Assembly (NCBI GenBank): GCA_964457215.1
Contig: CAYWGE010000001.1
Location: forward strand, 1 to 36,929
Source: an uncultured Pseudomonadota bacterium
GTDB lineage: Bacteria > UBA10199 > JADFYH01
Reading direction: 5' to 3'
Length of the DNA: 36,929 bases
Part shown: positions 17,611 through 26,372 of the stretch, piece after piece
How positions within the stretch are numbered: the first letter of the stretch is position 1
Layout of the letters: each line of letters opens with the position of its first letter
Translations under genes and position numbers: made by a program
Notes under the pieces: model-generated
The model's database searches: none
What the model was told of the DNA's origin: nothing
The model's input: the letters and a program-made list of their open reading frames with translations, nothing else

Positions 17611-18486
17611 TTAGTAAATCACTTTATTGAGCGGGTATTCTACAATACCCTCCGCACCCGCGCGCTTGAGATTCGGAATAATTTCACGCACTTTTTTCTC
17701 ATCCACAATAATTTCGACCGAAACCCAAGTGGAATCCCCTTGCTCGGAGATGGTAGGGGTATGCAAGGCAGGAAGCGTTTTTAAGATTTCTTTGAGTTTG
17801 TTTTTGGGCACATTCATCTTTAAACCGACTTTAGTTTCGGCGATGAGCGCTCCGTTAAGCATCAGGGCAATGTTTTCAATTTTTTGACGTTTCCAATTAT
17901 CTTTCCAGGCTTTTTTATTCGCAATCAAAACGGTGACCGATTCTAAAATCGATTCCACGATTTTCAAATTATTCGCGCGTAGCGAAGAGCCTGTTTCGGT
18001 GAGCTCAACAATCGCATCGGCCAAGAGCGGAGGTTTTACTTCAGTCGCCCCCCAAGAAAATTCTACTTCGGCCTTCACGCCCTGTTTTTGAAGATAGCGC
18101 CTTGTATATTGCACAAGTTCCGTCGAAACTCGCTTTCCATGCAAATCTTTCGAAGATTTAATTTTTGAATCGTTCGGAACCGCAATTACCCAGCGAATGG
18201 GGTTCAGGGTTGCTTTGGAATATTTAAGCTCGCAGACCTCCTGCACATCCGAATCATTTTCCATCACCCAATCTCGGCCGCACAAGCCCACATCTAAAAC
18301 TCCATTTTCAACATAGCGGCTCATTTCTTGCGAGCGAATCAAAAGTCCGGAGAGCTCAGGATCGTCGATACTCGGCACATACGCGCGAGACCCGAGATTA
18401 ATGCTCCAGCCCGCTTTTTTAAACAGACGAAATGTCGATTCTTGAAGCGAACCTTTTGGAATACCTATTTTTAATACTTGACTCAT
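17611..18486 (-). CDS. hisG: ATP phosphoribosyltransferase HisG (long form with C-terminal regulatory domain)
   Basis: The sequence reads [14 protein letters not shown]...[13 protein letters not shown] and has a C-terminal ~80-aa extension. I place the start at MSQVLKIG (18486) rather than the ORF-track start at 18537. Confidence 0.8.
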   Translation of the reverse strand: MSQVLKIGIPKGSLQESTFRLFKKAGWSINLGSRAYVPSIDDPELSGLLIRSQEMSRYVENGVLDVGLCGRDWVMENDSDVQEVCELKYSKATLNPIRWVIAVPNDSKIKSSKDLHGKRVSTELVQYTRRYLQKQGVKAEVEFSWGATEVKPPLLADAIVELTETGSSLRANNLKIVESILESVTVLIANKKAWKDNWKRQKIENIALMLNGALIAETKVGLKMNVPKNKLKEILKTLPALHTPTISEQGDSTWVSVEIIVDEKKVREIIPNLKRAGAEGIVEYPLNKVIY

Positions 18487-18515
18487 AGAAGCAACCCTTT
18501 CCATAAAGAAACACG

Positions 18516-19223
18516 ATGGAACCTTCCTCAAAAGCACAGCCCGAAACCCTTTGCAAAGATTTTTTTAGGGAGGGGCCCCTACTCCCCCCTTATACAGCTT
18601 TATTGCTCTATTTAGCAGTTCTCGCGGTATACTTGGTGGCCGGGCTATTTTTACAAACACACCTTGATCTTCTGGGCGTTTTTTTAAATCAGGTTTTTTT
18701 TCTTTTGGTCCCTTCGGCACTCGTTTCTCAAACTTTAGGCAAAAAAATCAATGATTGGCCTTATTGGGAACTGCCTAGTTTCCTACAAACTTTAGGCATT
18801 CTTGCTTTTACTTTTTTTCTTTCGTGGGTGATTGATCAATGCATTGCTTGGCAAGATCTACTTTGGCCTCCTCCCGATACTTACACAACCACCTTTCATA
18901 AGCTAATCCAGATTTCTTCAGCCCGTGAAGGAAGTCTCAAAGCATTGATTTTGGTTTTGACTCCCGCTATCTGTGAAGAAATTTTTTTTCGAGGTTTACT
19001 CCAACCCAGTTGGGTAAAACGTTTCGGAAAAACTATAGGAATTTTATTTACTTCTCTTAGTTTTGCCCTTGCCCATGGAAACCTTTTTTATCTACATTAT
19101 TATCTTATTCTTGGTTTTTATTTAGGTTGGCTTTTTAACAGAAAACGAAATCTTTGGTTTTGCGTTATCGCGCATGCCGCGAATAATGCATGGGCATTAT
19201 TTTCACAATTTTCGCCTTTTTAA
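18516..19223 (+). CDS. CPBP-family (CAAX/Abi) intramembrane metalloprotease
   Basis: It is a multi-TM protein with the motifs EEIFFRG, FALAHGN and HAANN. Confidence 0.8.
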   Translation: MEPSSKAQPETLCKDFFREGPLLPPYTALLLYLAVLAVYLVAGLFLQTHLDLLGVFLNQVFFLLVPSALVSQTLGKKINDWPYWELPSFLQTLGILAFTFFLSWVIDQCIAWQDLLWPPPDTYTTTFHKLIQISSAREGSLKALILVLTPAICEEIFFRGLLQPSWVKRFGKTIGILFTSLSFALAHGNLFYLHYYLILGFYLGWLFNRKRNLWFCVIAHAANNAWALFSQFSPF

Positions 19224-19237
19224 AAAGAGGAGCTCTG

Positions 19238-19858
19238 ATGAATTCTAAAATAAAATCTTATCTTTTATTCATCCTTTTTTTCACGGGTTGCGGAGCCACC
19301 ACTCAAATGAAAACAGTGACACACCCCGGCATTGCTCCTCGAATTTTTACTCGAATCGCAGTTGATGTACGAAATGTCGATCAAAGTGAAAATATTTCGG
19401 CAGAATGGAGTTTTAAGAAAATTTTAGAATCCCCAGATTTACAAGTAATCGCAGCCTCGGATCTTTTTCCTTTGGGTAAAGATTATAGCCCTGAAGATCG
19501 CAAAGTGGGATTTCTTAAAAATGGCATCCAAGCCTTGCTCCTTGTGAATTTAAGAGATGTTCAACGTCGCGACGTTTATCATCCCCCCACTACCTCAACG
19601 ACTGAAGTGAAAGAAAAAGATGGCAAAACAAAAATCGTCACCAAAACCGATCCGGGTTATACGACTAGTTATTTAAATCAGAGTCAAGATTTAGGGCTAC
19701 TTGAACTCCCCGACCTGAAACCCATTTGGACCGCCTCTGCTAATACAGAAGTCGATTTAGATTGGAGCAATGAAGTTAATTTTGTGAATTCTTTAGCGAA
19801 AAAAACCTTAAGCAAATTGCGTAAAGACGGATTTGTAAAAACCCCCGAGAAGAAATAA
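19238..19858 (+). CDS. Hypothetical lipoprotein
   Basis: MNSKIKSYLLFILFFTGCGA contains the lipobox FTGC. AGAGGAG lies 6-7 nt upstream of the ATG at 19238. I saw no recognisable domain. Confidence 0.65.
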   Translation: MNSKIKSYLLFILFFTGCGATTQMKTVTHPGIAPRIFTRIAVDVRNVDQSENISAEWSFKKILESPDLQVIAASDLFPLGKDYSPEDRKVGFLKNGIQALLLVNLRDVQRRDVYHPPTTSTTEVKEKDGKTKIVTKTDPGYTTSYLNQSQDLGLLELPDLKPIWTASANTEVDLDWSNEVNFVNSLAKKTLSKLRKDGFVKTPEKK

Positions 19859-20704
19859 TTAAGCACTTTTTCGGTATTGCTCTTCTGCAAAATAAGAAGA
19901 CCGCACGAAAGGCCCACTCGCCACATGCGGAAAACCGAAGGACTTTGCAATGTGTCCAATTTCTTCAAATTCTTGAGGTGTATAAAATTTTTGAACGGCA
20001 AGGTGCTTATCACTCGGCGCTAGATATTGGCCTACCGTAAGCAAATCACAGGCTGTTTTTTCGCGTAGATCTTTTAAAGTAGAAACAATTTCTTCCCATT
20101 CTTCTCCAAGCCCCACCATAATCCCCGATTTATTGGTAAGCCCGAACTTTTTGGCCTGCTCGAGTACAAATAAAGAGCGCTCGTAATTGGCTTGAGGACG
20201 AACGGTTTTTTGCAAGCGTGGCACTGTTTCTAAATTATGATTAAGAATATCTGGCCCTGCTTCAAAGACACGGCGCAACGATTTTAACTCCCCTTTAAAA
20301 TCGGGAATCAGCACTTCTAAAACTAATTGGGGATCTCGTTTTTTGATTTCTTCGATCGTTCGCGCAAAAATTTCAGAGCCTCCATCCGGTAAATCATCCC
20401 GATCAACCGACGTAATCACGATATGCCGCAGCCCAATTTTTTCAACGGCCTTTGCAACACGCACGGGTTCTTCCCAATCAGTAACAGGAGGCTTACCTGT
20501 TTTCACCGCGCAAAAACCGCAAGAGCGGGTGCAAGTATCTCCTAAAATCATTAAGGTGGCCGAGCGATTATTCCAACATTCACCCAAATTAGGACACTTT
20601 GCTTCTTCACAAACGGTATGTAGATTCAAAGTCCGAAACATCTCTTTGAGTTCGTGGAAATTTTTTCCAGAAGGAATTTTTGCTTTGAGCCAAGAAGGTT
20701 TCAT
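19859..20704 (-). CDS. lipA: Lipoyl synthase LipA (radical SAM)
   Basis: It carries the cysteine clusters CEEAKCPNLGEC and CTRSCGFC. Its start overlaps the E2 stop by 4 nt. Confidence 0.93.
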   Translation of the reverse strand: MKPSWLKAKIPSGKNFHELKEMFRTLNLHTVCEEAKCPNLGECWNNRSATLMILGDTCTRSCGFCAVKTGKPPVTDWEEPVRVAKAVEKIGLRHIVITSVDRDDLPDGGSEIFARTIEEIKKRDPQLVLEVLIPDFKGELKSLRRVFEAGPDILNHNLETVPRLQKTVRPQANYERSLFVLEQAKKFGLTNKSGIMVGLGEEWEEIVSTLKDLREKTACDLLTVGQYLAPSDKHLAVQKFYTPQEFEEIGHIAKSFGFPHVASGPFVRSSYFAEEQYRKSA

Positions 20705-21969
20705 GAATCAATCGCCTCAAAATCGAAATGTTCTAAATTTTTCTTTACTTCTTCTAAAAATAAAATGCCATCCGCTCCATCGAGCGGACGATGATCAAAG
20801 GCTAAATCAATCGCGGCAACTTCTCGAATTCCGATTGCTTCTTCCACCACCCAAGGACGTTTTTGAATTCGGTTAATCGCCACAATTGCTACCATCGGGA
20901 GCGGAATAATCTGCAAGCAACGGTTTCCCCCAACTGCGCCAGGGTTATTGACCACAAAAGTTGCCCCGGTGAGTTCTTCCACACTTAACTTTCCCATCTT
21001 TGTTTTGGCTTCAAGCTGCGAAAGAGTCTGAGCCAAATCTCTAAATGAAAGTTTGTCGGCCTGATGAATCACAGGCGTAAACAAACCTTGAAGCGTTGCA
21101 ACCGCAACTCCCAAATTAATTTGAGAATGCTTTTGCAAATAACCTTTTCCGCCTTCTTCAATATAACTCGCATTAAAATTAGGATATTTTTTCAACGCCT
21201 CTCTCACCGCAAAAAGGAAAAAATGAAAAGGAGAGAGAGCTACTCCGTGCTCTTCGGAATAACTTTGCTTATTTTTCTGGCAATAATTCCAAATTAAATG
21301 GAAATCCACATCGACCGAACTACCCGCCGCAGGGATTTGTTCATGACTTTTCTTCATGTGTTGAGCAATGCGTTGGCGGATGGGAGAAAGAAGATTCTGC
21401 GTAGGGGTGCTGCTCGCTGCACCCTTATCGGGCGGAGCAAGCACCGCCCCTACATTTTTTAAATATTTTAAAACATCCTCTTTTGTGAGTCTCCCCCCAG
21501 GACCTGAAGCCGGAATTTGAGCTAGCTCCTCCTCCGAAAGATTATTTTCTCGCGCCAGATTGCGAATCAAAGGAGAGAGTGCGCGCGAACTGGGCGCTGC
21601 TTGCGCTTGAGTACGCACTGGTTTTTCTGGGGTTTTTTGAATTTGTTTAGAGGATGGAGTCGAGCGAACAGTAGGTGCCCCATCAGCGGGCATTCCCACT
21701 CCCAACATCAAATATCGTTCTCCATCTTCTTGGCTCACTTCAAAAAGAGCAATGGGTTTTCCCACTTCGCAAGAGCTATTCGCCTCTACCAAAATTTTTT
21801 GAAGCACACCGACAAAAGGGGATTCAAAAGTAAAAACTGCTTTTTCAGTTTCTAGTTCAACTAAAGCGTCTTTTTCCTGAACTTTTTCGCCCTCTTTTTT
21901 TAACCATTGAACCACAACTCCTTCACGAATGGTTTCACCGGGTTTGGGCATGGTGAGATAGAGTTGCAT
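20701..21969 (-). CDS. 2-oxoacid dehydrogenase E2 component (dihydrolipoamide acyltransferase, single lipoyl domain)
   Basis: It has an N-terminal lipoyl domain (..ALVELETEKAVF..), an Ala/Pro linker, a peripheral-subunit binding region (SPLIRNLARENNL) and the catalytic motif DHRPLDGA. Confidence 0.9.
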   Translation of the reverse strand: MQLYLTMPKPGETIREGVVVQWLKKEGEKVQEKDALVELETEKAVFTFESPFVGVLQKILVEANSSCEVGKPIALFEVSQEDGERYLMLGVGMPADGAPTVRSTPSSKQIQKTPEKPVRTQAQAAPSSRALSPLIRNLARENNLSEEELAQIPASGPGGRLTKEDVLKYLKNVGAVLAPPDKGAASSTPTQNLLSPIRQRIAQHMKKSHEQIPAAGSSVDVDFHLIWNYCQKNKQSYSEEHGVALSPFHFFLFAVREALKKYPNFNASYIEEGGKGYLQKHSQINLGVAVATLQGLFTPVIHQADKLSFRDLAQTLSQLEAKTKMGKLSVEELTGATFVVNNPGAVGGNRCLQIIPLPMVAIVAINRIQKRPWVVEEAIGIREVAAIDLAFDHRPLDGADGILFLEEVKKNLEHFDFEAIDS

Positions 21970-22022
21970 AATCGCTCCAGTTGAATAATTGAGTCCTTTT
22001 GAATTTCTTAAAAACCGTGAGT

Positions 22023-22997
22023 TTAATATTCCATCAACTTTCGCGCGCCGTCCAGCACATCTTTTATATTAGGGAGGTAGGCATCTTCTAAAATGGGGGA
22101 GGTTGGAATCGGGCAAAATTGGGATCCAATTCTCAGAGGCGGGGCCGCAAGGGAGTCAAACGCTTTTTCACAAATTAAACTGACTAATTCTCCCCCAATT
22201 CCCCCTCGTTTCACCGCTTCATGAAGAATGATCACCCGATTTGTTTTGCGAAAGGAGGTGAGCAACGCTTCTTCATCTAAGGGAGTAAGAGACCTTAAAT
22301 CTAAAACTTCTAAGGAGATGGACTCTTTTTCTAACTCTTTCGCCGCTGCCAAGCCCAAATGAACCATGCTTCCGTAGGTCACGAGCGTAATATCTTTTCC
22401 TTCTTTTTTAATGTCCGCTTTTCCCAGAGGAATCACATAATCTCCCGCAGGCACTTCTCCTTTAATTTCCCAATAAAGCTTTTTCTCTTCAAAATAAATG
22501 ACAGGATCCGGGTCGCGAATGGCTGCAATCAATAGTCCTTTAGCTTCGGCAGGAGTGGACGGGCATACAATTTTCAAACCGGGCACATGAAAATACCAAG
22601 CTTCTTCACATTTGGAGTGAAAATTTCCAATTCGCATACCGCCCCCATGCGGGGCACGAATGGTAAAAGGAAGCGAAGTATTAAAACGATATTTATAATT
22701 AGCGGCATAATCGACGATCTGGCTAAAAGCGGTGGTCATAAAATCGGAAAATTGAATTTCGGGAACAGGCCTTAAGCCCCGCACACAAGCGCCAATTGCT
22801 TCTCCAATAATCGCGGCTTCGGAAAGCGGTGTGTTTCGAACTCGCATTGGGCCAAATTCTTCTAATAATCCTTTGGTGATTCCAAATACACCGCCATAGG
22901 CCGCAACATCTTCCCCAAAAATATACACGCGCTCATCCTGGCGCATTTCTGTAGCCAACGCATCTCGAATTGCTTCACCGTAGGTTAAAATTGGCAT
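22023..22997 (-). CDS. 2-oxoacid dehydrogenase E1 component, beta subunit
   Basis: MPILTYGEAIRDAL.. is a typical E1-beta N-terminus and the protein has a transketolase-like pyrimidine-binding fold. The ORF track extends to 23045, but homolog-like sequence begins at the Met at 22997. Confidence 0.88.
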   Translation of the reverse strand: MPILTYGEAIRDALATEMRQDERVYIFGEDVAAYGGVFGITKGLLEEFGPMRVRNTPLSEAAIIGEAIGACVRGLRPVPEIQFSDFMTTAFSQIVDYAANYKYRFNTSLPFTIRAPHGGGMRIGNFHSKCEEAWYFHVPGLKIVCPSTPAEAKGLLIAAIRDPDPVIYFEEKKLYWEIKGEVPAGDYVIPLGKADIKKEGKDITLVTYGSMVHLGLAAAKELEKESISLEVLDLRSLTPLDEEALLTSFRKTNRVIILHEAVKRGGIGGELVSLICEKAFDSLAAPPLRIGSQFCPIPTSPILEDAYLPNIKDVLDGARKLMEY

Positions 22998-23045
22998 AGT
23001 TTTTTTCTGTAGGGGCACTGCTTGCCGTGCCCAAATTGGGCGCAC

Positions 23046-24026
23046 CTACAAATTTGTATACACACCCTTTAATAAATCTTCTGCCTTTGGCATTGGCTGA
23101 CTAGCGGCCCAAGTCGTTGCTTCGTTCATTTCTTTTTTTAACTTTTCGACTAATTTTTTTTCTTTCTCATCATTCCAAATTTTCATTTTTTCGAGACGCG
23201 CCCGCATCACGCTTAAAGGATCTTTCTTTTTCCAAAAATCTTTTTCGTCCTGAGGAATATAATTTGCGGGGTCATGCGTGCCATGTCCAGCGGCCCGGAA
23301 ACTTTTACATTCAATTAAGGTGGGCCCTCCTCCCTGACGCGCTTTATCCACGGCAGGTTTTACAGCTTCATAAACCGCAACCACATCATTACCGTCACAC
23401 ACTTTCCCATCAAAACCATAAGCTTTTGCGCGATCTGCTAAATTTTCAACCGCACTTTGTTCCCTAACCGGAGTCGAAATAGCCCAACCATTGTTATTCA
23501 GTACAAAAACAACAGGGAGTTTAAAAATCGCTGCATAGTTCATAGCCTCATGCACGCAACCTTGACTCGATGCTCCGTCTCCAAACAAAGCCATGACAAT
23601 TGATTTTTCTTTTTTATAGCGCGCGGCCCACGCCAAGCCATTCGCCACCACCAAATTTGCCCCCATGTGACTGACAAATCCTAAAATATTTTTTTTCTCA
23701 TAAGAAAAATGGATATTGGAATCTCTGCCTTGAGTCATTCCTGTTGCACGGTTAAAATATTGCGCAAAAATTTCGGCAGGAGAAACGCCGCGGATCAAAT
23801 GGAGCCCCATATCACGATGGGAAGGTGCTACCCAATCTTCGGGTTTAAGGGTTAAAGCAGCTCCTACAGAAATTGCCTCTTGACCTGTGGAGAGATAACC
23901 TTTTCCGATAATGAGGGGGCGTTCCGGATTTTGACTGTGATAAAGATAGGCAATCTGATCTTCCAAAGCACGGGTGCGATGGAGAGCATTATACATCTCG
24001 AGCAGCGTGCCTGCGTCGAGTACCAT
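23046..24026 (-). CDS. 2-oxoacid dehydrogenase E1 component, alpha subunit (TPP-dependent). The sequence does not decide among pyruvate, branched-chain and acetoin specificity
   Basis: It has the TPP-binding motif GDGASSQG...NNNGWAIS. Its size and its order ahead of E1-beta and E2 also fit. Confidence 0.88.
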   Translation of the reverse strand: MVLDAGTLLEMYNALHRTRALEDQIAYLYHSQNPERPLIIGKGYLSTGQEAISVGAALTLKPEDWVAPSHRDMGLHLIRGVSPAEIFAQYFNRATGMTQGRDSNIHFSYEKKNILGFVSHMGANLVVANGLAWAARYKKEKSIVMALFGDGASSQGCVHEAMNYAAIFKLPVVFVLNNNGWAISTPVREQSAVENLADRAKAYGFDGKVCDGNDVVAVYEAVKPAVDKARQGGGPTLIECKSFRAAGHGTHDPANYIPQDEKDFWKKKDPLSVMRARLEKMKIWNDEKEKKLVEKLKKEMNEATTWAASQPMPKAEDLLKGVYTNL

Positions 24027-24119
24027 GGTTTCCGACTCCTATTTCTGGTTTTTGCTCGCCTCTGACGGACTAACACCGCTTCCGCGTCCATGCCCTAGGG
24101 TATGCCCGGACTTGGTCAT
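24027..24119 (-). promoter_or_regulatory. Structured GC-rich 5' leader of the E1alpha operon: a single copy of the module that is repeated at 34230-34560
   Basis: The minus strand reads ATGACCAAGTCCGGGCATACCCTAGGGCATGGACGCGGAAGCGGTG...AAACCAGAAATAGGAGTCGGAAACC-ATG. It aligns with 34423-34563 at both module and tail level. The extended -10 TGTTAGAAT (24134-24126) lies just upstream. Confidence 0.6.
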
Positions 24120-24363
24120 GCACTTATTCTAACAAAAACAGTCGATTTGATTAAAGAAATATAAAAAAAGTTCTGCAAATTAATGATTTGCTTCCCTCAT
24201 TTAATTAGTTTATCTTTTTAGCCCTAAAATAGAGTTATTTCGAAGTTTTACCCTTACCTTAAGGGATTTAAAGCTGGGTCTCCTTCTATTATAGCTAACC
24301 ATATGAAAGAAGGCATTGCCTGGAAAATCTTATAAACTATTAAAATTAAAGGTTTTTCAGACA

Positions 24364-25278
24364 ATGACGACGAAAGTTAAACCCAAAGCCCTTCACTTAG
24401 GGGATACCATTGGTATTGCAGCCTCGGCCAGCCCTTTTGACGCCGAAGAGTTCGAAAAAGGTCTCAAAACTCTTCGAGAAATGGGGTTTAAGGTAAAATT
24501 TCGAGAAGATATTTTTTCGAAAAAATCCTATTTGGCGGGTACCGATCAGCGCCGTGCCCAAGAACTTCGGGAACTTTTTTTAGACTCCGAAGTGAAAGCG
24601 ATCCTTTTCGCTCGAGGCGGATATGGTACTTTAAGAATTTTACCTCTTCTAAAATCTTCAGTTCTTCAAGAAAATCCCAAAATCGTCTTAGGCTACTCCG
24701 ACATGACCAGTTTTTTGAATTTTCTCATTCAAAAATTTTCTTGGACTGTTTTTCATGGCCCGGTTGTGGCAAAGGGTTTAGGAGATACTTTTAAAGAAGA
24801 AGGAAAAAATTCTCTTCTAAAAGCCTTAACGAGTCCTCAAGCATTAGGAGAATTTTCCCAAGGAATTTCTTATCTAAAAAATGGAACCGCTCAGGGAACG
24901 TTAGTAGGCGGCTGTTTATCCATCTTGAATTCAACTCTCCAAACTCCCTTCGAAATTGAAACTGAAAACAAAATCCTTTTTCTAGAAGAAGTGAATGAGC
25001 CTCTTTATAAAATTGATCGCCTGATGACTCAATTAAAACTCGCTGGAAAATTGAGAGGCCTTAAAGGGCTTTTATTAGGAGCTTTTCGAAATTGCGGCGA
25101 AAAAACCGATCTTCAGAATCTAATTCTTGAAACTTTTGCAGATCAAGATTTGCCCATTGTCTGGGGATTTCCTTCGGGCCATGTTGAAAATATGCTCTGC
25201 TTACCTTTGGGGATAGAAGTCGGATTAAATTCCGCAAAAAATACTGTGAACTTTTTAGAGGGAGCCTTACGGACATGA
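24364..25278 (+). CDS. ldcA: Muramoyltetrapeptide LD-carboxypeptidase (peptidase S66, LdcA-like)
   Basis: The sequence reads GDTIGIAASASPF...ARGGYGTLRILP...LGYSDMTS, which includes the nucleophile Ser motif. I use the ATG at 24364 rather than the TTG at 24316. Confidence 0.82.
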   Translation: MTTKVKPKALHLGDTIGIAASASPFDAEEFEKGLKTLREMGFKVKFREDIFSKKSYLAGTDQRRAQELRELFLDSEVKAILFARGGYGTLRILPLLKSSVLQENPKIVLGYSDMTSFLNFLIQKFSWTVFHGPVVAKGLGDTFKEEGKNSLLKALTSPQALGEFSQGISYLKNGTAQGTLVGGCLSILNSTLQTPFEIETENKILFLEEVNEPLYKIDRLMTQLKLAGKLRGLKGLLLGAFRNCGEKTDLQNLILETFADQDLPIVWGFPSGHVENMLCLPLGIEVGLNSAKNTVNFLEGALRT

Positions 25279-26372
25279 GCGTTACCAAAAAAATCGATAC
25301 TGCTTTTGAAGAAGCAATCAATCAAGGTGTCTTTCCAGGAGCTGCTGTTGCCGTTGTTAAAAAAGGAAAAGTGCTCTTAAAGAAATGCTATGGAAACGCC
25401 GAAAAAATCCCCGTGGTCCGTAAAGTGGGTTTAAAGACTTATTTCGACATTGCGTCTCTTACCAAACCTTTGTGTACGGCCATACTTGCCATGATCATGA
25501 TCGAAAAAGGTAAACTCAAACTCGAGGAACCTGTAGGTACCTATTACCGACGTTACCGAAAAGAGCCCTATCTCGGAATTCAAGTCCGTCATTTAATTCA
25601 GCACACCTCAGGACTACCCGCGTACAAAGCCTATTTTGAAAAATTAGGCCCCTTACTCTTAAAAGGAGAAAGCCCAGAAAATCTGCGCAAAGAACTTTTG
25701 AGAATGATCTTAAGTGAAACTCTTGATCCAGAATGCAAGCTCGGTGTTACTCGTCTTTATAGCGATCTTGGCTATATTCTATTGGGTGATATTTTGGAGC
25801 AAATTAATGGAAAAAGTTTAGACAAATTATTTATCGAATATATTGCGAAGCCCCTAAAGCTTAATGAAACTTTTTTTATTCCATTGCCCAGCAAATCAAA
25901 ATTAAAGCGGACGGAATTTGCCTCAACTTCAAAGAGCTCCCTTCGCCGTAAAATTTTAGCGGGCGAGGTAGAAGATGAACACGCGTGGATCTTAGGAGGC
26001 GTTGCAGGACACGCAGGATTGTTCTCAACCTTACCTGATCTAATGAAGCTAACTCAAGAATTGATCAAGATCGACGAAGGGAAAAGTAAAATTCTCAAAA
26101 AAGAAACTCTTCATGCTTTCTTAGATGCTAAACCTCCTTTGGGATGGGATACTCCGAGTCCTGAGAATTCCCAAGCGGGGGATTTATTTCCAAAGAATGC
26201 TTTTGGTCACTTAGGATATACGGGCTGTTCTTTGTGGATTGATTTTAATCGAAAACTTTATGTGATTTTATTAACGAATCGGGTACACCCCTATCGTTAT
26301 AATGAAGGCATTAAACAATTTCGCCCTAAAATTCATGATTTAATTTTACAAACATTTCGCCTTATAAAATGA
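25275..26372 (+). CDS. Beta-lactamase-fold serine hydrolase (AmpH/PBP4*-/EstB-like)
   Basis: It has the SxxK motif (ASLTKP), YSD (Yxx) and a HLGYTG (KTG-like) motif. It overlaps ldcA and mpl by 4 nt on each side. Confidence 0.75.
   Translation: MSVTKKIDTAFEEAINQGVFPGAAVAVVKKGKVLLKKCYGNAEKIPVVRKVGLKTYFDIASLTKPLCTAILAMIMIEKGKLKLEEPVGTYYRRYRKEPYLGIQVRHLIQHTSGLPAYKAYFEKLGPLLLKGESPENLRKELLRMILSETLDPECKLGVTRLYSDLGYILLGDILEQINGKSLDKLFIEYIAKPLKLNETFFIPLPSKSKLKRTEFASTSKSSLRRKILAGEVEDEHAWILGGVAGHAGLFSTLPDLMKLTQELIKIDEGKSKILKKETLHAFLDAKPPLGWDTPSPENSQAGDLFPKNAFGHLGYTGCSLWIDFNRKLYVILLTNRVHPYRYNEGIKQFRPKIHDLILQTFRLIK

Noticed and set aside
18487-18537. N-terminal extensions offered by the ORF track for hisG (18537), E1beta (23045), ldcA (TTG at 24316) and the lipoprotein (19190).
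   Set aside because: In each case family-typical sequence or the signal peptide begins at an internal Met: 18486, 22997, 24364 and 19238. The extension adds non-homologous residues or overlaps the neighbouring gene.
2519-23467. Many nested or antisense ORFs of 60-177 aa inside dcw, slt, lipA, E1 and E2 genes. Examples are 2519-2758, 3461-3772, 4354-4749, 9307-9666, 11122-11415, 14046-14315, 20343-20876 and 23117-23467.
   Set aside because: Each lies wholly inside a gene with clear family motifs on the other strand or in another frame. Their translations are low-complexity or Arg/Ser/Phe-rich, as expected for off-frame reading. None has independent RBS or motif support.
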